Shown here: piece by piece, positions 43,476 to 54,236 of the stretch
How the letters are laid out: each line of letters opens with the position of its first letter
Position numbering within the stretch: the first letter of the stretch is position 1
Assembly (NCBI GenBank): GCA_016784605.1
Contig: JADHUI010000005.1
Location: 6,410-70,409 of the forward strand
From: Fidelibacterota bacterium
GTDB taxonomy: Bacteria > Fidelibacterota > Marinisomatia > Marinisomatales > UBA1611
Length of the DNA stretch: 64,000 nucleotides
Direction of reading: 5' to 3'
Translations under genes and position numbers: made by a program
The notes under the pieces: model-generated
What the model saw: only the letters and a program-made list of their open reading frames with translations
Database searches by the model: none
Told to the model about the DNA's origin: nothing

Positions 43476-44474
43476 ATGATCGTAGCCGTTGATGCCATGG
43501 GGGGTGACTTTGCCCCCGATGTCGTGGTACAAGGTGCCATTCAAGCTATCGAATCTTCTTCTGTAAACATTGTTTTAGTTGGAGATGAAATCGCCATACA
43601 GACTCATTTAGGCTCTTTTGAATCCGACCGAATTACGATTCATCATGCGCCAGAATTAGTATCTATGGATGAACCGGGTTCCCGAATTGTAAAATCAAAA
43701 CCTAACTCATCCATCGTTCAAGGATTAAAACTGGTTAAAACTGGTAAAGCAGATGCTTTTGTTAGTGCTGGGAATACAGGCGCTGTATTAGCTTCTACCC
43801 TTCTATTATTAGGACGAATTCCAGGCGTAAGACGACCAGCCTTAGCTGCCCACATTCCATCTGATTCTGGTGGGAAACTCATTTGCGATGTTGGGGCAAA
43901 TCCAGACGCAAAGGCAAATCATCTTCTCCAATTTGCACAACTAGCTTCCTATTATTATTCTCACGTTGAAGGTAAATCTGAACCTAATGTTGGATTAGTT
44001 AATATAGGGGAAGAACCCAATAAAGGGAGTGAATTATATTTGGAAGCATATCAGCTTTTAACTGAAAATATTCCCCGTTTCATCGGAAATGTAGAAGGCC
44101 GTGATATAATGTCATCCAATGCGGATGTTCTTATTTGTGACGGTTTTGTCGGAAATACGCTTATCAAATTTGCAGAAAATTGGATTGTTCATTTAGGACA
44201 AGAATTGAAGCGTGGGTTAAAAAAGAATTGGGTCAGTCGATTAGGTGGTTTTCTTGTAAAGCCAACATTAAGGGCCCTCTATAAAATATTCGATTATGAA
44301 GAACATGGCGGCGTACCATTATTGGGTGTAAATGGGGTGGCGATTATTTCCCATGGAAGTTCTGGCCCAAAGTCGATTATGAATTCGATTTTTGCGGCAA
44401 AAAGATGCGTGGAAAGTGATTTAATTACGCATACAAGAGAAAGTTTTGAAACATTATTAAGGGATTCAGCATGA
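43476..44474 (+). CDS. plsX: Phosphate acyltransferase
   Basis: AVDAMGGDFAP, SAGNTGA, DVGAN, NIGEE..KG, CDGFVGN, HGSS. Confidence 0.95.
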   Translation: MIVAVDAMGGDFAPDVVVQGAIQAIESSSVNIVLVGDEIAIQTHLGSFESDRITIHHAPELVSMDEPGSRIVKSKPNSSIVQGLKLVKTGKADAFVSAGNTGAVLASTLLLLGRIPGVRRPALAAHIPSDSGGKLICDVGANPDAKANHLLQFAQLASYYYSHVEGKSEPNVGLVNIGEEPNKGSELYLEAYQLLTENIPRFIGNVEGRDIMSSNADVLICDGFVGNTLIKFAENWIVHLGQELKRGLKKNWVSRLGGFLVKPTLRALYKIFDYEEHGGVPLLGVNGVAIISHGSSGPKSIMNSIFAAKRCVESDLITHTRESFETLLRDSA

Positions 44475-45460
44475 ACGCAACCATAACTACAACGGCACGT
44501 TACGTTCCGAAAAATGTTGTTACAAACCATGATTTGGAAAAAATCATGGACACGTCAGATGAATGGATAAAAAGTAGAACGGGTATTCATCAAAGACATT
44601 TTGTTGGCAAAGATGAAGCTACATCTGATATTTGTACTCAAATTGCTCAATCATTATTAGAAAAAAGACATTTATCACCCGATGACATTGATATTATCAT
44701 TGTTTCCACCGTTACACCGGATATGTTTGCCCCATCAACGGCAGCGATTGTCCAAAATAATATTGGCGCATCACGTGCTTGGGGTTTTGATTTATCAGGG
44801 GCTTGTACTGGCTTCCTTTATGGATTAGAAACTGGAGCCAAATTTGTGGAGTCTGGTCAATATAATAAAGTGATGGTTATAGGTGTTGATACCATGTCAT
44901 CAATTTTAGATCTTGAAGATCGAAATACGGCTGTTTTATTTGGCGATGGTGGTGGAGGTGTAATTCTTGAACAAACGGGCCATGATTCTGGCATTTATGA
45001 TTCTATTTTGAAAATGGATGGATCTGGAGGTCCTTTTCTGCAAATGCCTGGCGGTGGAAGCCGTATGCCAGCGACAGTGGAAACCGTGGAAAATAAAATG
45101 CATTATATTAGGCAAGATGGTAGAACGGTTTTCAAATTTGCCGTAAAAGGCATGGCTGATGTTTCTGCTAGGATTTTAGAAAAGCATCAATTAACAGGCG
45201 ATGATATTGCATTATTTATTCCACATCAAGCTAATAAGCGAATTATTGATGCAGCGGCCAACCGATGTGGAATCGATTCAGATAAAGTACTGGTTAATAT
45301 TCACGAGTATGGAAACACGACTGCGGGAACGCTTCCGATCGGGTTAAGTGAAGCACAGGATTCTGGTCGGATAAAAGATGGGGATATTTTATTACTTGCT
45401 GCTTTTGGTGCAGGTTGGACTTGGGGAAGTATGCTTATTAAATGGGATACTCTTTCATGA
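44471..45460 (+). CDS. fabH: Beta-ketoacyl-ACP synthase III
   Basis: DTSDEWI..RTGI, ACTGF, FGDG, PHQAN.RI, GNT. Confidence 0.95.
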   Translation: MNATITTTARYVPKNVVTNHDLEKIMDTSDEWIKSRTGIHQRHFVGKDEATSDICTQIAQSLLEKRHLSPDDIDIIIVSTVTPDMFAPSTAAIVQNNIGASRAWGFDLSGACTGFLYGLETGAKFVESGQYNKVMVIGVDTMSSILDLEDRNTAVLFGDGGGGVILEQTGHDSGIYDSILKMDGSGGPFLQMPGGGSRMPATVETVENKMHYIRQDGRTVFKFAVKGMADVSARILEKHQLTGDDIALFIPHQANKRIIDAAANRCGIDSDKVLVNIHEYGNTTAGTLPIGLSEAQDSGRIKDGDILLLAAFGAGWTWGSMLIKWDTLS

Positions 45461-46371
45461 AATTAGCCTGGATGTTTCCTGGTCAAGCATCTCAAAAAGT
45501 TGGGATGGGATTAGATTTATACGAAAATACATCTCTTGGAAAAAAATACTTTGACCAAGCAAATGATATTTTAGGATATGATATTAAATCGATTGTATTC
45601 GATGGACCGGATGAAAAATTAAAACAAACTCAATTCACTCAACCGGCCATTTATATTGTAAGTGTTATTTTAGGGAAACTGTTAATTGAAGCTGGAAAAT
45701 TTCCATCTGCAGTTGCGGGTCATAGTTTAGGTGAATATTCTGCATTAACCATTGCGGAAGCCTTTTCATTTGAGACCGGTCTTTCTTTAGTTCAAGTGCG
45801 AGCAGAAAGTATGTATAAGGCAGGAGAATCCATCCCAGGTTCCATGGCCGCTATTGTCGGTTTAGAAGATGATCATGTAAAAACATTATGCGAAAAGAAT
45901 CATTCAGGAATAGTTGTTCCCGCTAATTACAATTCACCTGGACAAGTGGTTATTTCAGGTAATCCAGCTGCGATTGAGTCTATGATAATAACGGCAAAAG
46001 AAGAAGGTGCACGAATGGCTGTTCAATTAAATGTGAGTGGCGCCTTCCATTCTCCTTTAATGGCATCCGCACGCGAATCACTTGCAGAGATATTGGATTC
46101 CACCGAAATTTCGGACACATTATATCCCGTTTATGCCAATGTTAGTGCATTACCTATAACGGATGGAAATGAAATACGAGGTTTATTGTTAAAACAGCTA
46201 GAAAGCCCTGTGTTGTGGTCAAAAACAATTCAAGGCATGATTGATAATGGTTTTGAACCGTTTATTGAAGTTGGTCCGGGCAAAGTATTACAAGGATTGT
46301 TAAAACGAATTGATCGTAAAAAGCAATCACTCGGTATAGGCACATTAGAAGAAATGAATAACTATGTTTGA
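45457..46371 (+). CDS. fabD: Malonyl-CoA:ACP transacylase
   Basis: FPGQASQ, TQPAI, GHSLGEY, VSGAFHS, EVGPG; ATG at 45457. Confidence 0.95.
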   Translation: MKLAWMFPGQASQKVGMGLDLYENTSLGKKYFDQANDILGYDIKSIVFDGPDEKLKQTQFTQPAIYIVSVILGKLLIEAGKFPSAVAGHSLGEYSALTIAEAFSFETGLSLVQVRAESMYKAGESIPGSMAAIVGLEDDHVKTLCEKNHSGIVVPANYNSPGQVVISGNPAAIESMIITAKEEGARMAVQLNVSGAFHSPLMASARESLAEILDSTEISDTLYPVYANVSALPITDGNEIRGLLLKQLESPVLWSKTIQGMIDNGFEPFIEVGPGKVLQGLLKRIDRKKQSLGIGTLEEMNNYV

Positions 46372-47110
46372 TTTAAAAAATAAAGTTGCTGTCGTTACGG
46401 GAGCATCAAGAGGCATTGGAAAATCAATTGCTGAAACATTTGCAAAAGCAGATGCGACAGTCATTTGTGTGAGTCGTTCTGAAGCACCATTACAAAAACT
46501 CGCCAACGACTTGAACGCAACCGGAGGGAATGCATCTTATCGAACGTGTGACATTTCTGACGGAGATTCCTTTGCAACAATGATAAAATCTGTTGTGGGA
46601 GAATTTGGGCAATGCGATATTTTAATCAATAATGCAGGCGTCACACAAGATACACTCTTAATGAGAATGTCAGATGACCAATGGTCTCAGGTGATGGATA
46701 TAAATTTAAAAGGGGCGTTTCATGGTTGCAAATCTGTTATGCGTCCGATGATGAAAAAACGTTGGGGTCGTATTATTAATATATCATCCATCGTTGGAAT
46801 TACAGGAAATGCAGGACAGGCAAATTATGCCGCTTCAAAGGCTGGCCTTATCGGTCTAACAAAAAGTGTGGCAAAAGAAGTTGCTTCCCGGGGAATTACG
46901 GTAAATTGTATAGCGCCCGGATTTATTAAATCAGATATGACAGATATTTTATCAGATCAAGTTAAAGAAGAATTACTGGTTCGAATTCCGGTCGGAAGAA
47001 TGGGAGAAGGCGATGATATTGCACACGCTGCACTATTCCTCGCATCCAATGAAGCCAGTTTTATTACAGGACAAACCATCGTTATTGATGGTGGTCAAAT
47101 CATAAGCTAA
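46364..47110 (+). CDS. fabG: 3-oxoacyl-ACP reductase
   Basis: TGASRGIG, NNAG, YAASKAG; position in fab cluster. Confidence 0.93.
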   Translation: MFDLKNKVAVVTGASRGIGKSIAETFAKADATVICVSRSEAPLQKLANDLNATGGNASYRTCDISDGDSFATMIKSVVGEFGQCDILINNAGVTQDTLLMRMSDDQWSQVMDINLKGAFHGCKSVMRPMMKKRWGRIINISSIVGITGNAGQANYAASKAGLIGLTKSVAKEVASRGITVNCIAPGFIKSDMTDILSDQVKEELLVRIPVGRMGEGDDIAHAALFLASNEASFITGQTIVIDGGQIIS

Positions 47111-47122
47111 ACAGGAGGAAGA

Positions 47123-47353
47123 ATGTCAACATTAGACAAAATCAAAGAAGTTGTAATCGACAAATTAGGTGTGGATGAAGCCGCCGTTAAACCTGAATCT
47201 CATTTTATTGATGATTTGGGTGCTGATTCGCTAGATACAGTGGAACTCATTATGGAATTTGAAGAAGAATTTGGTATTGAAATTCCAGATGAAGATGCTG
47301 AAAATATCATGACAGTTGGTGCAGCAGTAGATTACGTAGAAAAACATAAATAA
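47123..47353 (+). CDS. acpP: Acyl carrier protein
   Basis: [20 protein letters not shown]; AGGAGG RBS. Confidence 0.97.
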   Translation: MSTLDKIKEVVIDKLGVDEAAVKPESHFIDDLGADSLDTVELIMEFEEEFGIEIPDEDAENIMTVGAAVDYVEKHK

Positions 47354-47365
47354 TAAGGCAAGTTT

Positions 47366-48598
47366 ATGCGCAAAGTCGTTGTAACAGGATTGGGCGTTCT
47401 CGCTCCAAATGGAAATAATGTAGACTCATTTTGGTCAGCTTTAGTCGCAGGACAAAGTGGCATTGGTCCTATCAGTTATTTTGACACAGATGATTTAAGA
47501 GTTAGTATTGCTGGAGAATTATCCGACTTTTCGCCTGAACCTGTTTTAAGTCCCAAAGAAGTTCGAAAATTAGATCCATTTTCTGTGTATGCACTCGTGG
47601 CGGGACAGGAAGCCATTGATCAATCAGGGCTCGACTTGTCATCAATTGATTTAGATCGTGCTGGAGTCATCATTGGATCGGGCGTCGGAGGTATTCAAAC
47701 GTTGGAAGAACAACACGGTGTTATTATGGAAAAAGGCGGTCGCCGTGTTTCTCCACAATTTGTACCCAAAATGATTGCCAATATTGCTGGCGGTCATTTA
47801 TCCATTCGTTGGGGTTTTCGAGGTCCAAATCAAACGATTATATCTGCCTGCGCATCTGCCACAGATGCCATTGGGATGGCTTTGCGTCTTATTCGGTATG
47901 GTGACGCTGATATAATGATTACAGGTGGAACTGAAGCAAGTATAACACCCTTAACCATTGCCGGTTTTGGAAATATGCGCGCACTATCACAACGAAACGA
48001 TGATCCGCAACGAGCAAGTCGTCCCTTTGACTTAGATAGAGATGGCTTTGTATTAGGCGAAGGTGCTGGCATGATTGTGATTGAGTCTGAAGAACATGCA
48101 CTTAATCGGGGTGCAACTATTTTAGCAGAATTAGCTGGATATGGTGCAACAGACGATGCGCTCCATGTAACACAACCTGCTCCGGGTGGTGCTGGAGCAG
48201 AAAAAGCCATGAACCGCGCCATTGAAGATGCAGAATTAACTAAAACAGATATTCATTATATTAATGCACATGGGACTTCTACTCCCTTTAATGATAAAAA
48301 TGAATCTGCAGCCATCAAAAGTTTATTTGGTAACCATCCAATTAAAGTAAGTTCAACCAAATCAATGACTGGACATTTATTAGGAGCTGCAGGTGGAATT
48401 GAAGCTGTAGCAACGGTAAAAACTATATTGGAACAAAAGGCACCACCGACCATCAATCAGGTAACGCCTGATCCGGAATGCGATTTGGATTATATCCCGA
48501 ATCAATCCCAATCATTTACGATTAATGCTGCTTTATCCAATACATTTGGGTTTGGCGGACATAATGCGGTTATTTGTCTGAAAAAATATTCTGGCTAA
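47366..48598 (+). CDS. fabF: Beta-ketoacyl-ACP synthase II
   Basis: VVVTGLG, SACAS, NAHGTST, KSMTGHLLGAAG, NTFGFGGHN. Confidence 0.96.
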   Translation: MRKVVVTGLGVLAPNGNNVDSFWSALVAGQSGIGPISYFDTDDLRVSIAGELSDFSPEPVLSPKEVRKLDPFSVYALVAGQEAIDQSGLDLSSIDLDRAGVIIGSGVGGIQTLEEQHGVIMEKGGRRVSPQFVPKMIANIAGGHLSIRWGFRGPNQTIISACASATDAIGMALRLIRYGDADIMITGGTEASITPLTIAGFGNMRALSQRNDDPQRASRPFDLDRDGFVLGEGAGMIVIESEEHALNRGATILAELAGYGATDDALHVTQPAPGGAGAEKAMNRAIEDAELTKTDIHYINAHGTSTPFNDKNESAAIKSLFGNHPIKVSSTKSMTGHLLGAAGGIEAVATVKTILEQKAPPTINQVTPDPECDLDYIPNQSQSFTINAALSNTFGFGGHNAVICLKKYSG

Positions 48599-49314
48599 TG
48601 GGTCTTATTGACTCCATTAAAGATTTTTTTTCGTTTAACCGCTCACAAGCAAATCCCCTAGAAAAAAAAATACATTATGTATTCAATCGTCGTGAATATT
48701 TAACACAGGCGTTTACCCACAAATCAATCTTATCCGGTCCGAGACAAAATTATGAACGATTGGAATTTTTGGGAGATGCTGTATTAGATATTGTTGTAAG
48801 TAAAGCTCTCATGAAGGAATTTCCTGAAGGAGATGAAGGATTATTAACTCAACGTCGTGCCTTTCTAGTCCAAAAATCCCATCTAGCAAAAATGGGCAAA
48901 TTGTTGGATTTGATGGATCATTTAAATATTGAATCAAGCGTCAATTTATCTGTTGATAAAATTGCTGAAAAACAACAAGCCAATTTATTTGAAGCGCTTA
49001 TTGGAGCCATGTTTCTTGATGGTGGAATGGAACCATGTAAAAAGCTTATTATGAAAACAGTTTGGGCTCATCGAGATCATGCATGGGAATCAACAAATTT
49101 TAAGGGAAAACTCATAGAATTTTGTCATCAGAGATCGATGGGTAATCCTTCTTTTCAGGTAAAAGATGTTACAGGTCCTGATCATTCTAAAACGTTTGAA
49201 GTACAAGTATTTATTGATGGCGAAGCCTTCCCTACGGGTGTTGCTACAAATAAAAAATCCGCAGAACAACTTGCGGCTAAAGGGGCATTAGAAAAGTTAG
49301 GAGCAGCTCTCTAA
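48598..49314 (+). CDS. rnc: Ribonuclease III
   Basis: NYERLEFLGDAVL signature, FEALIGA, dsRBD GPDH.KTF...KKSAEQ.AA; ATG at 48598. Confidence 0.95.
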   Translation: MGLIDSIKDFFSFNRSQANPLEKKIHYVFNRREYLTQAFTHKSILSGPRQNYERLEFLGDAVLDIVVSKALMKEFPEGDEGLLTQRRAFLVQKSHLAKMGKLLDLMDHLNIESSVNLSVDKIAEKQQANLFEALIGAMFLDGGMEPCKKLIMKTVWAHRDHAWESTNFKGKLIEFCHQRSMGNPSFQVKDVTGPDHSKTFEVQVFIDGEAFPTGVATNKKSAEQLAAKGALEKLGAAL

Positions 49315-49856
49315 GCGGTCATATTTTTAATTTTATCTCTTAAAATCGCCGCTTTTTCATATTCTTCTTTTTCGATTGCCTGTTCCAATTTTTTTTCAAT
49401 TTCTTGAACAGACATTTTCATTCTCGTTTTTTTCACCGGTTTTTCTTCTATGCTACCTTCTGGAACGCCTGCTTCAGCCATCACTTCTTCATGAACAAGA
49501 ATAGGCACCTTTAACCGTAATCCAACGGCTAATGCATCACTGGGACGCGCATCAATAATACACTGTCCTAATTCATCTGTTTCAATGACCATTGACGCAT
49601 AAAATACACCTTCACTTAAGCGGCTAATTTTAATGGTCTTTAATTGAGCATCTACCCCGGAGATTACAGCACCAATTAAATCATGTGTAAGCGGGCGGGG
49701 TGTTTCTACATATTCAATGGCAAGGGCGATTGCCTGTGCTTCAAATGATCCTACTATCACAGGGAGAATTCGATTTCCATCTATTTCTTTAAGCATAACC
49801 GCATAACTTCTACTGGGCGGATGAAAAGATATTTTTTTAACGTTTACTGGTATCAT
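49311..49856 (-). CDS. Bifunctional nuclease (DUF151) with C-terminal UVR domain
   Basis: LPVIVGSFEAQAIA, RPLTHDL, DARPSDALA, AIEKEEYEKAAILRD. Confidence 0.9.
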   Translation of the reverse strand: MIPVNVKKISFHPPSRSYAVMLKEIDGNRILPVIVGSFEAQAIALAIEYVETPRPLTHDLIGAVISGVDAQLKTIKISRLSEGVFYASMVIETDELGQCIIDARPSDALAVGLRLKVPILVHEEVMAEAGVPEGSIEEKPVKKTRMKMSVQEIEKKLEQAIEKEEYEKAAILRDKIKNMTA

Positions 49857-50893
49857 GTTAATGCTTCAAGTTCATTTTTTAATTTTGAAATTTTTACCAC
49901 AGGACTTGGATCAACCCCATGGGCTATGGCGCACCAATAACTTAACCAATCCCCGTAGTGAATCATATGAAGAAATCTTTCTAACCTGTTGCTACCAGAA
50001 CATTGTATTGTTTCTTGGTTTAGCGAAAGGTCCTTTAAAATATTTTCAGAAATCGTTTGACGATATTTGACCCTTGTATGATCATCTTCATCTTTTAGCC
50101 ATAACAAAACCATATCTTTGAATAAAGATTCGTTCTTTTCCCATCCAACAATCTCATTATGGTTTAACTCCGGTAATTCATTATGATATGCAGGCATTTT
50201 TGCATTTTCACAAAATTGCCCTTTATACCTAAGAGCTACAACAGATGTCCCTTCTGATTCACCATAAATGATTGGAATTTTTGAATGAATCTTTTGTGCC
50301 ATTCCATAAGCTGGGTTAAGATCATTATCTTGACAATAAAGAGCCGTCATATTTTTTAAAAAGGGAATTGACGAGATTAAATCTGTTTCCCAATTATGAT
50401 TAATTAAACCATATTTATGTAATATATATAACATGGGAATAAATGAAAACGCTAATGCGGCTCTCGGTTGAAGACCTGAAGGTATTTTTACCACATCTTT
50501 TCCCGCGCCATTCAATTTTTCTGTTATTTGGCCTCCCGTACTAATACCCACGATTTGAGCACCCACATCGAGGGCTTGGTCTGTTGCTGATAATGTTTCT
50601 TCTGTGTTTCCTGAATAAGATGAACAAATCACTAAGGTATTTTCATTCACCCAATTGGGTAAACCATAATGCCTTGATACAACAAATGGAATGGATAATT
50701 GGTTTTTCAGTAATACGCGATTAACATCACCCCCAATAGCTGAGCCACCCATTCCAGCTAAAACGATATTTCGAATGGGTGTATCAAATTGTTTTAAATC
50801 AGCTTTTTTTCCAATTTCAACAGCATCCAACATATTAGAAGAAAAATCGTGAATCGCTCCAAACATATTATCTGGGTCTAATGCGTGAGTCAT
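49853..50893 (-). CDS. Bifunctional phosphoglucose/phosphomannose isomerase (SIS)
   Basis: GMGGSAIGG, SYSGNTEET, QPRAA, ENAK, PELNHNEIVGW. Confidence 0.9.
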   Translation of the reverse strand: MTHALDPDNMFGAIHDFSSNMLDAVEIGKKADLKQFDTPIRNIVLAGMGGSAIGGDVNRVLLKNQLSIPFVVSRHYGLPNWVNENTLVICSSYSGNTEETLSATDQALDVGAQIVGISTGGQITEKLNGAGKDVVKIPSGLQPRAALAFSFIPMLYILHKYGLINHNWETDLISSIPFLKNMTALYCQDNDLNPAYGMAQKIHSKIPIIYGESEGTSVVALRYKGQFCENAKMPAYHNELPELNHNEIVGWEKNESLFKDMVLLWLKDEDDHTRVKYRQTISENILKDLSLNQETIQCSGSNRLERFLHMIHYGDWLSYWCAIAHGVDPSPVVKISKLKNELEALT

Positions 50894-50895
50894 TT

Positions 50896-51864
50896 TTAGT
50901 ATGTCCTTTTTTCAATAAGTTGTATAAATAAGTCTAAATCAGCCCGTCTATCCTCAGGAATAATGTGTAAAGTATCTCGTGCTTCATTAAAAAAGGATTC
51001 ATATTTCTCAATCGTTTGTTGGGTAATTCCAGTTTCATCCAGAAAAGTTTTTATTCTCTCCATAGATTGTTCATTTGGGTGAGACAAAAAGGGTGATATA
51101 AGTTCTTTCCATTCATTTTCTTTTTGATTTCGAGCTAAAATAACCGGATACGTTTGTTTCCCCTCTGCTAAGTCGCTTCCTAAACTTTTTCCCATTTTTT
51201 CCGCATCTGAAATAAGTTCTAACAAATCATCTTGAAGCTGAAACCCTTTTCCCAGTAACCTTCCAAATTGATCCAACTTTTGAACCGTTTGATCATCTAA
51301 CCCTTCCATGATGGCGGGCAAAGCGGCACAAGCACCGAGCAATGCTCCTGTTTTACAATCAATCATTTTAAGATAGCTTTCTTCGGAAATGGTTAAATCA
51401 TTTTCAAATTCTTTATCCCAAGCTTGTCCTTCACATATTTCTAATGTGACCTTGTTAAAATAATTCATGATTTCTGTCGCATGATTTTCCACAAGGGTTA
51501 CTTTAAGTTGCGCCAAAACAAAAATCGCATCTCCAGCTAAAATAGCTGTGGATTCATCCCATTTTTCATGCAAAGTTGGTAATCCATGTCTTGTATCATC
51601 ATTATCCATAATATCATCATGAACCAATGTAAATGTATGAAGCAATTCAACGGCTAACGCTATATTTGTAAGGCCATCTTGATTAGCACTCAATGCCTGT
51701 CCCGTTAGATGAACGAGAATGGGACGAAATCTTTTTCCAATTCCCTGCAATGAGAATCGGATGGGATCATAAAGATACCGTGGATTTTTTGGAATGGGTA
51801 ATCCCGCTAATTCTCGATTTACTTCTTCTCGAATTAATTGTATATGATGTTGAAAATCAGCCAT
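50896..51864 (-). CDS. Polyprenyl (geranylgeranyl-type) diphosphate synthase
   Basis: GKRFRP, LVHDDIMD (FARM), EGQAWD, KTGAL, FQLQDDLL, SDLAEGK. Confidence 0.9.
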   Translation of the reverse strand: MADFQHHIQLIREEVNRELAGLPIPKNPRYLYDPIRFSLQGIGKRFRPILVHLTGQALSANQDGLTNIALAVELLHTFTLVHDDIMDNDDTRHGLPTLHEKWDESTAILAGDAIFVLAQLKVTLVENHATEIMNYFNKVTLEICEGQAWDKEFENDLTISEESYLKMIDCKTGALLGACAALPAIMEGLDDQTVQKLDQFGRLLGKGFQLQDDLLELISDAEKMGKSLGSDLAEGKQTYPVILARNQKENEWKELISPFLSHPNEQSMERIKTFLDETGITQQTIEKYESFFNEARDTLHIIPEDRRADLDLFIQLIEKRTY

Positions 51865-53231
51865 TATTCTTCAATGACAATATGCCCAAATGATTTCAAT
51901 TTATCCAATACGAGTTCTTTTATTTCTTCCATACGTTCAATGGAATTCGCTTCGAAACGTGTTACAATCACCGGTTGCGTGTTTGATGAACGCACAAGCC
52001 CCCATCCGTCCCCAAATTGGATTCTAACACCATCAATGGTATTACAATTAAAATTCTCTTTAAAATAAGAGAGCGCTTTTTCTGCAATGGCAAATTTTTC
52101 TTCATCCGTACCGCAATCTAAACGCATTTCTGGTGTTGAATAATACTTAGGCAAACTAGCGGCTATTTCAGATAATTTTTTATTGGAACGAGAGACCAAT
52201 TGCATTAGACGAGCAGCGACATAAATGGCATCATCAAATCCAAAAAAATCATCGGCAAAAAAGATATGCCCACTCATTTCTCCACCAAATTTGCATTGAA
52301 GTTCTGACATTCTTTGTTTAATGAGTGAATGCCCCGTTTTCCACATGACAGGAGTTCCGCCTACTTTTAGAATCATATCTTCTAACGCTTGAGAGCATTT
52401 TACATCAAATAATATTTCATCTCCAGGTTCAACAATTTCTGGCAGAAATAAGGCCATTAATTGGTCTGCCCAAATGATGTGTCCTTTTTCATCCACCACG
52501 CCTACGCGATCTGCATCACCATCAAAGGCAAATCCTAAATCATAATCACCCGATGTAACTTCTGTAATAAGATCTTTAAGATTTTTTTCAACCGTTGGGT
52601 CTGGATGGTGATTTGGAAATGTACCATCTGCATCACAATAAAGTTCTGTCACTTCTACATTGTTCATGCCTTTAAATATTTCAGGAGCATTTAAACAAGC
52701 AGCTGCATTTCCACAATCCATGACGACTTTTAGTGGACGTTCAATGGTGATTTTGCTTCGTATCATACGATTGTAATCATCATTAATATTATAACGAGCT
52801 TCACTGCCTTCCCCTGTTTCGAAATCGTTATTTTCGATTAATTCTTCCAAAGATTGAATCGCTTCTCCAAATACAGCTTTCCGTTCAAGGGACATTTTAA
52901 ATCCATTGAATTCTGGTGGATTATGACTTCCCGTAATTTGTACAGCACCAAATACGCCTAATTTGAACATACTATAATAATTAGCGGGTGTAGGTAATAA
53001 GCCTAAATTTATTACATCTGTTCCTGTAGATAAAACGCCTTCAGCGAATGATTCCATAAGAGAAGGTGTTGTAAGACGAATATCACCACTTAAAGCAATT
53101 TCTTGTCCACCGGATCGTTTTATATGCGTTCCAAATGCTTTCCCTAAAGAAACGACAACATGATGGGGGAAATCTTCATCAACTTTACCCCGAATATCAT
53201 ATTCACGGAAAATATATTTATTAATGTTCAT
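51864..53231 (-). CDS. Phosphomannomutase/phosphoglucomutase
   Basis: IFREYDIRG, TGSHNP, DGDADR, GEMSGH, RSSNTQP. Confidence 0.93.
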   Translation of the reverse strand: MNINKYIFREYDIRGKVDEDFPHHVVVSLGKAFGTHIKRSGGQEIALSGDIRLTTPSLMESFAEGVLSTGTDVINLGLLPTPANYYSMFKLGVFGAVQITGSHNPPEFNGFKMSLERKAVFGEAIQSLEELIENNDFETGEGSEARYNINDDYNRMIRSKITIERPLKVVMDCGNAAACLNAPEIFKGMNNVEVTELYCDADGTFPNHHPDPTVEKNLKDLITEVTSGDYDLGFAFDGDADRVGVVDEKGHIIWADQLMALFLPEIVEPGDEILFDVKCSQALEDMILKVGGTPVMWKTGHSLIKQRMSELQCKFGGEMSGHIFFADDFFGFDDAIYVAARLMQLVSRSNKKLSEIAASLPKYYSTPEMRLDCGTDEEKFAIAEKALSYFKENFNCNTIDGVRIQFGDGWGLVRSSNTQPVIVTRFEANSIERMEEIKELVLDKLKSFGHIVIEE

Positions 53232-53310
53232 TTTATTCCTTAATCTTTAAATATTTGAGTAATGAAATTACACGAATTCTAAATGGATTTCCTTATAAGA
53301 AACAGTCTAA

Positions 53311-54216
53311 TTATTTATTTTGATTCGAAATAACTCGACGAAGAAAACCATCTTGTTCTTCAAGTGCTACTTCTGCTTTTTCTTTAGAGCAATCTAAGAT
53401 TCCCATGACAATACCTGTTTTTACTGACATACCCGATTCTGTTAACAAATGACCCGATCGCGTATAATCAATGCCAGTCACTTCATGAATAATGCGCGTG
53501 CCACGATCCACCAATTTTTCATTCACAGCCATCAGATCAACCATAAGATTCCCATATACTTTCCCTAATTTGATCATCGTTGTTGTGGAAATCATATTCA
53601 ATATTAATTTTGTAGCTGTACCTGCTTTCATCCGAGTGGAACCTGTTACCACTTCTGGACCCGTTACCGCACGAATGATCACATCCACTTCGGTCATTTT
53701 ATATGGGTTTGGATTGGTGACAAGGTAAACCGTTTTTGCACCTTTTTCTTTTGCATGATCTAAAGCTGATACCACATAGGCCGCAGCTCCACTACAAGAA
53801 ATACCCATTAAAGTGTCATTTTCATTTATTGAATATTTTTCTAAATCGTGTATGGCGGCTTCCGGTTGATCTTCTGCCCCTTCAATGGAATTTGTAAGCG
53901 CAGGTTCGCCTCCAGCTATAACACCAATAAAGAGTCCTTTTGGTGCAGAATAGGTCGGTGGAATTTCAGATGCATCTAATACACCCAATCGTCCACTGGT
54001 TCCAGCACCTACGTAAAATACGCGTCCCCCCTTTTTGATCGAGTTGACTGCAAATTCTACTGTTTTGTCAATTTCAGGAATTGCCAATTCTACTGCGGAT
54101 GCAATTGCTTGATCTTCTTGATTAATTGTAACCAATATATCATGAATGGACATTGCATCAATTGTAGATGATTTTGGATTTTGTTGTTCAGTTTTAAGTT
54201 CGCCACGTGATTTCAT
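53311..54216 (-). CDS. murQ: N-acetylmuramic acid 6-phosphate etherase
   Basis: GAGTSGRLGVLDASE, EGAED, GPEVVTGSTRMKAGTA, GKVYGNLMVD. Confidence 0.95.
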   Translation of the reverse strand: MKSRGELKTEQQNPKSSTIDAMSIHDILVTINQEDQAIASAVELAIPEIDKTVEFAVNSIKKGGRVFYVGAGTSGRLGVLDASEIPPTYSAPKGLFIGVIAGGEPALTNSIEGAEDQPEAAIHDLEKYSINENDTLMGISCSGAAAYVVSALDHAKEKGAKTVYLVTNPNPYKMTEVDVIIRAVTGPEVVTGSTRMKAGTATKLILNMISTTTMIKLGKVYGNLMVDLMAVNEKLVDRGTRIIHEVTGIDYTRSGHLLTESGMSVKTGIVMGILDCSKEKAEVALEEQDGFLRRVISNQNK

Positions 54217-54236
54217 AGCCCGTAAATTACAACTTC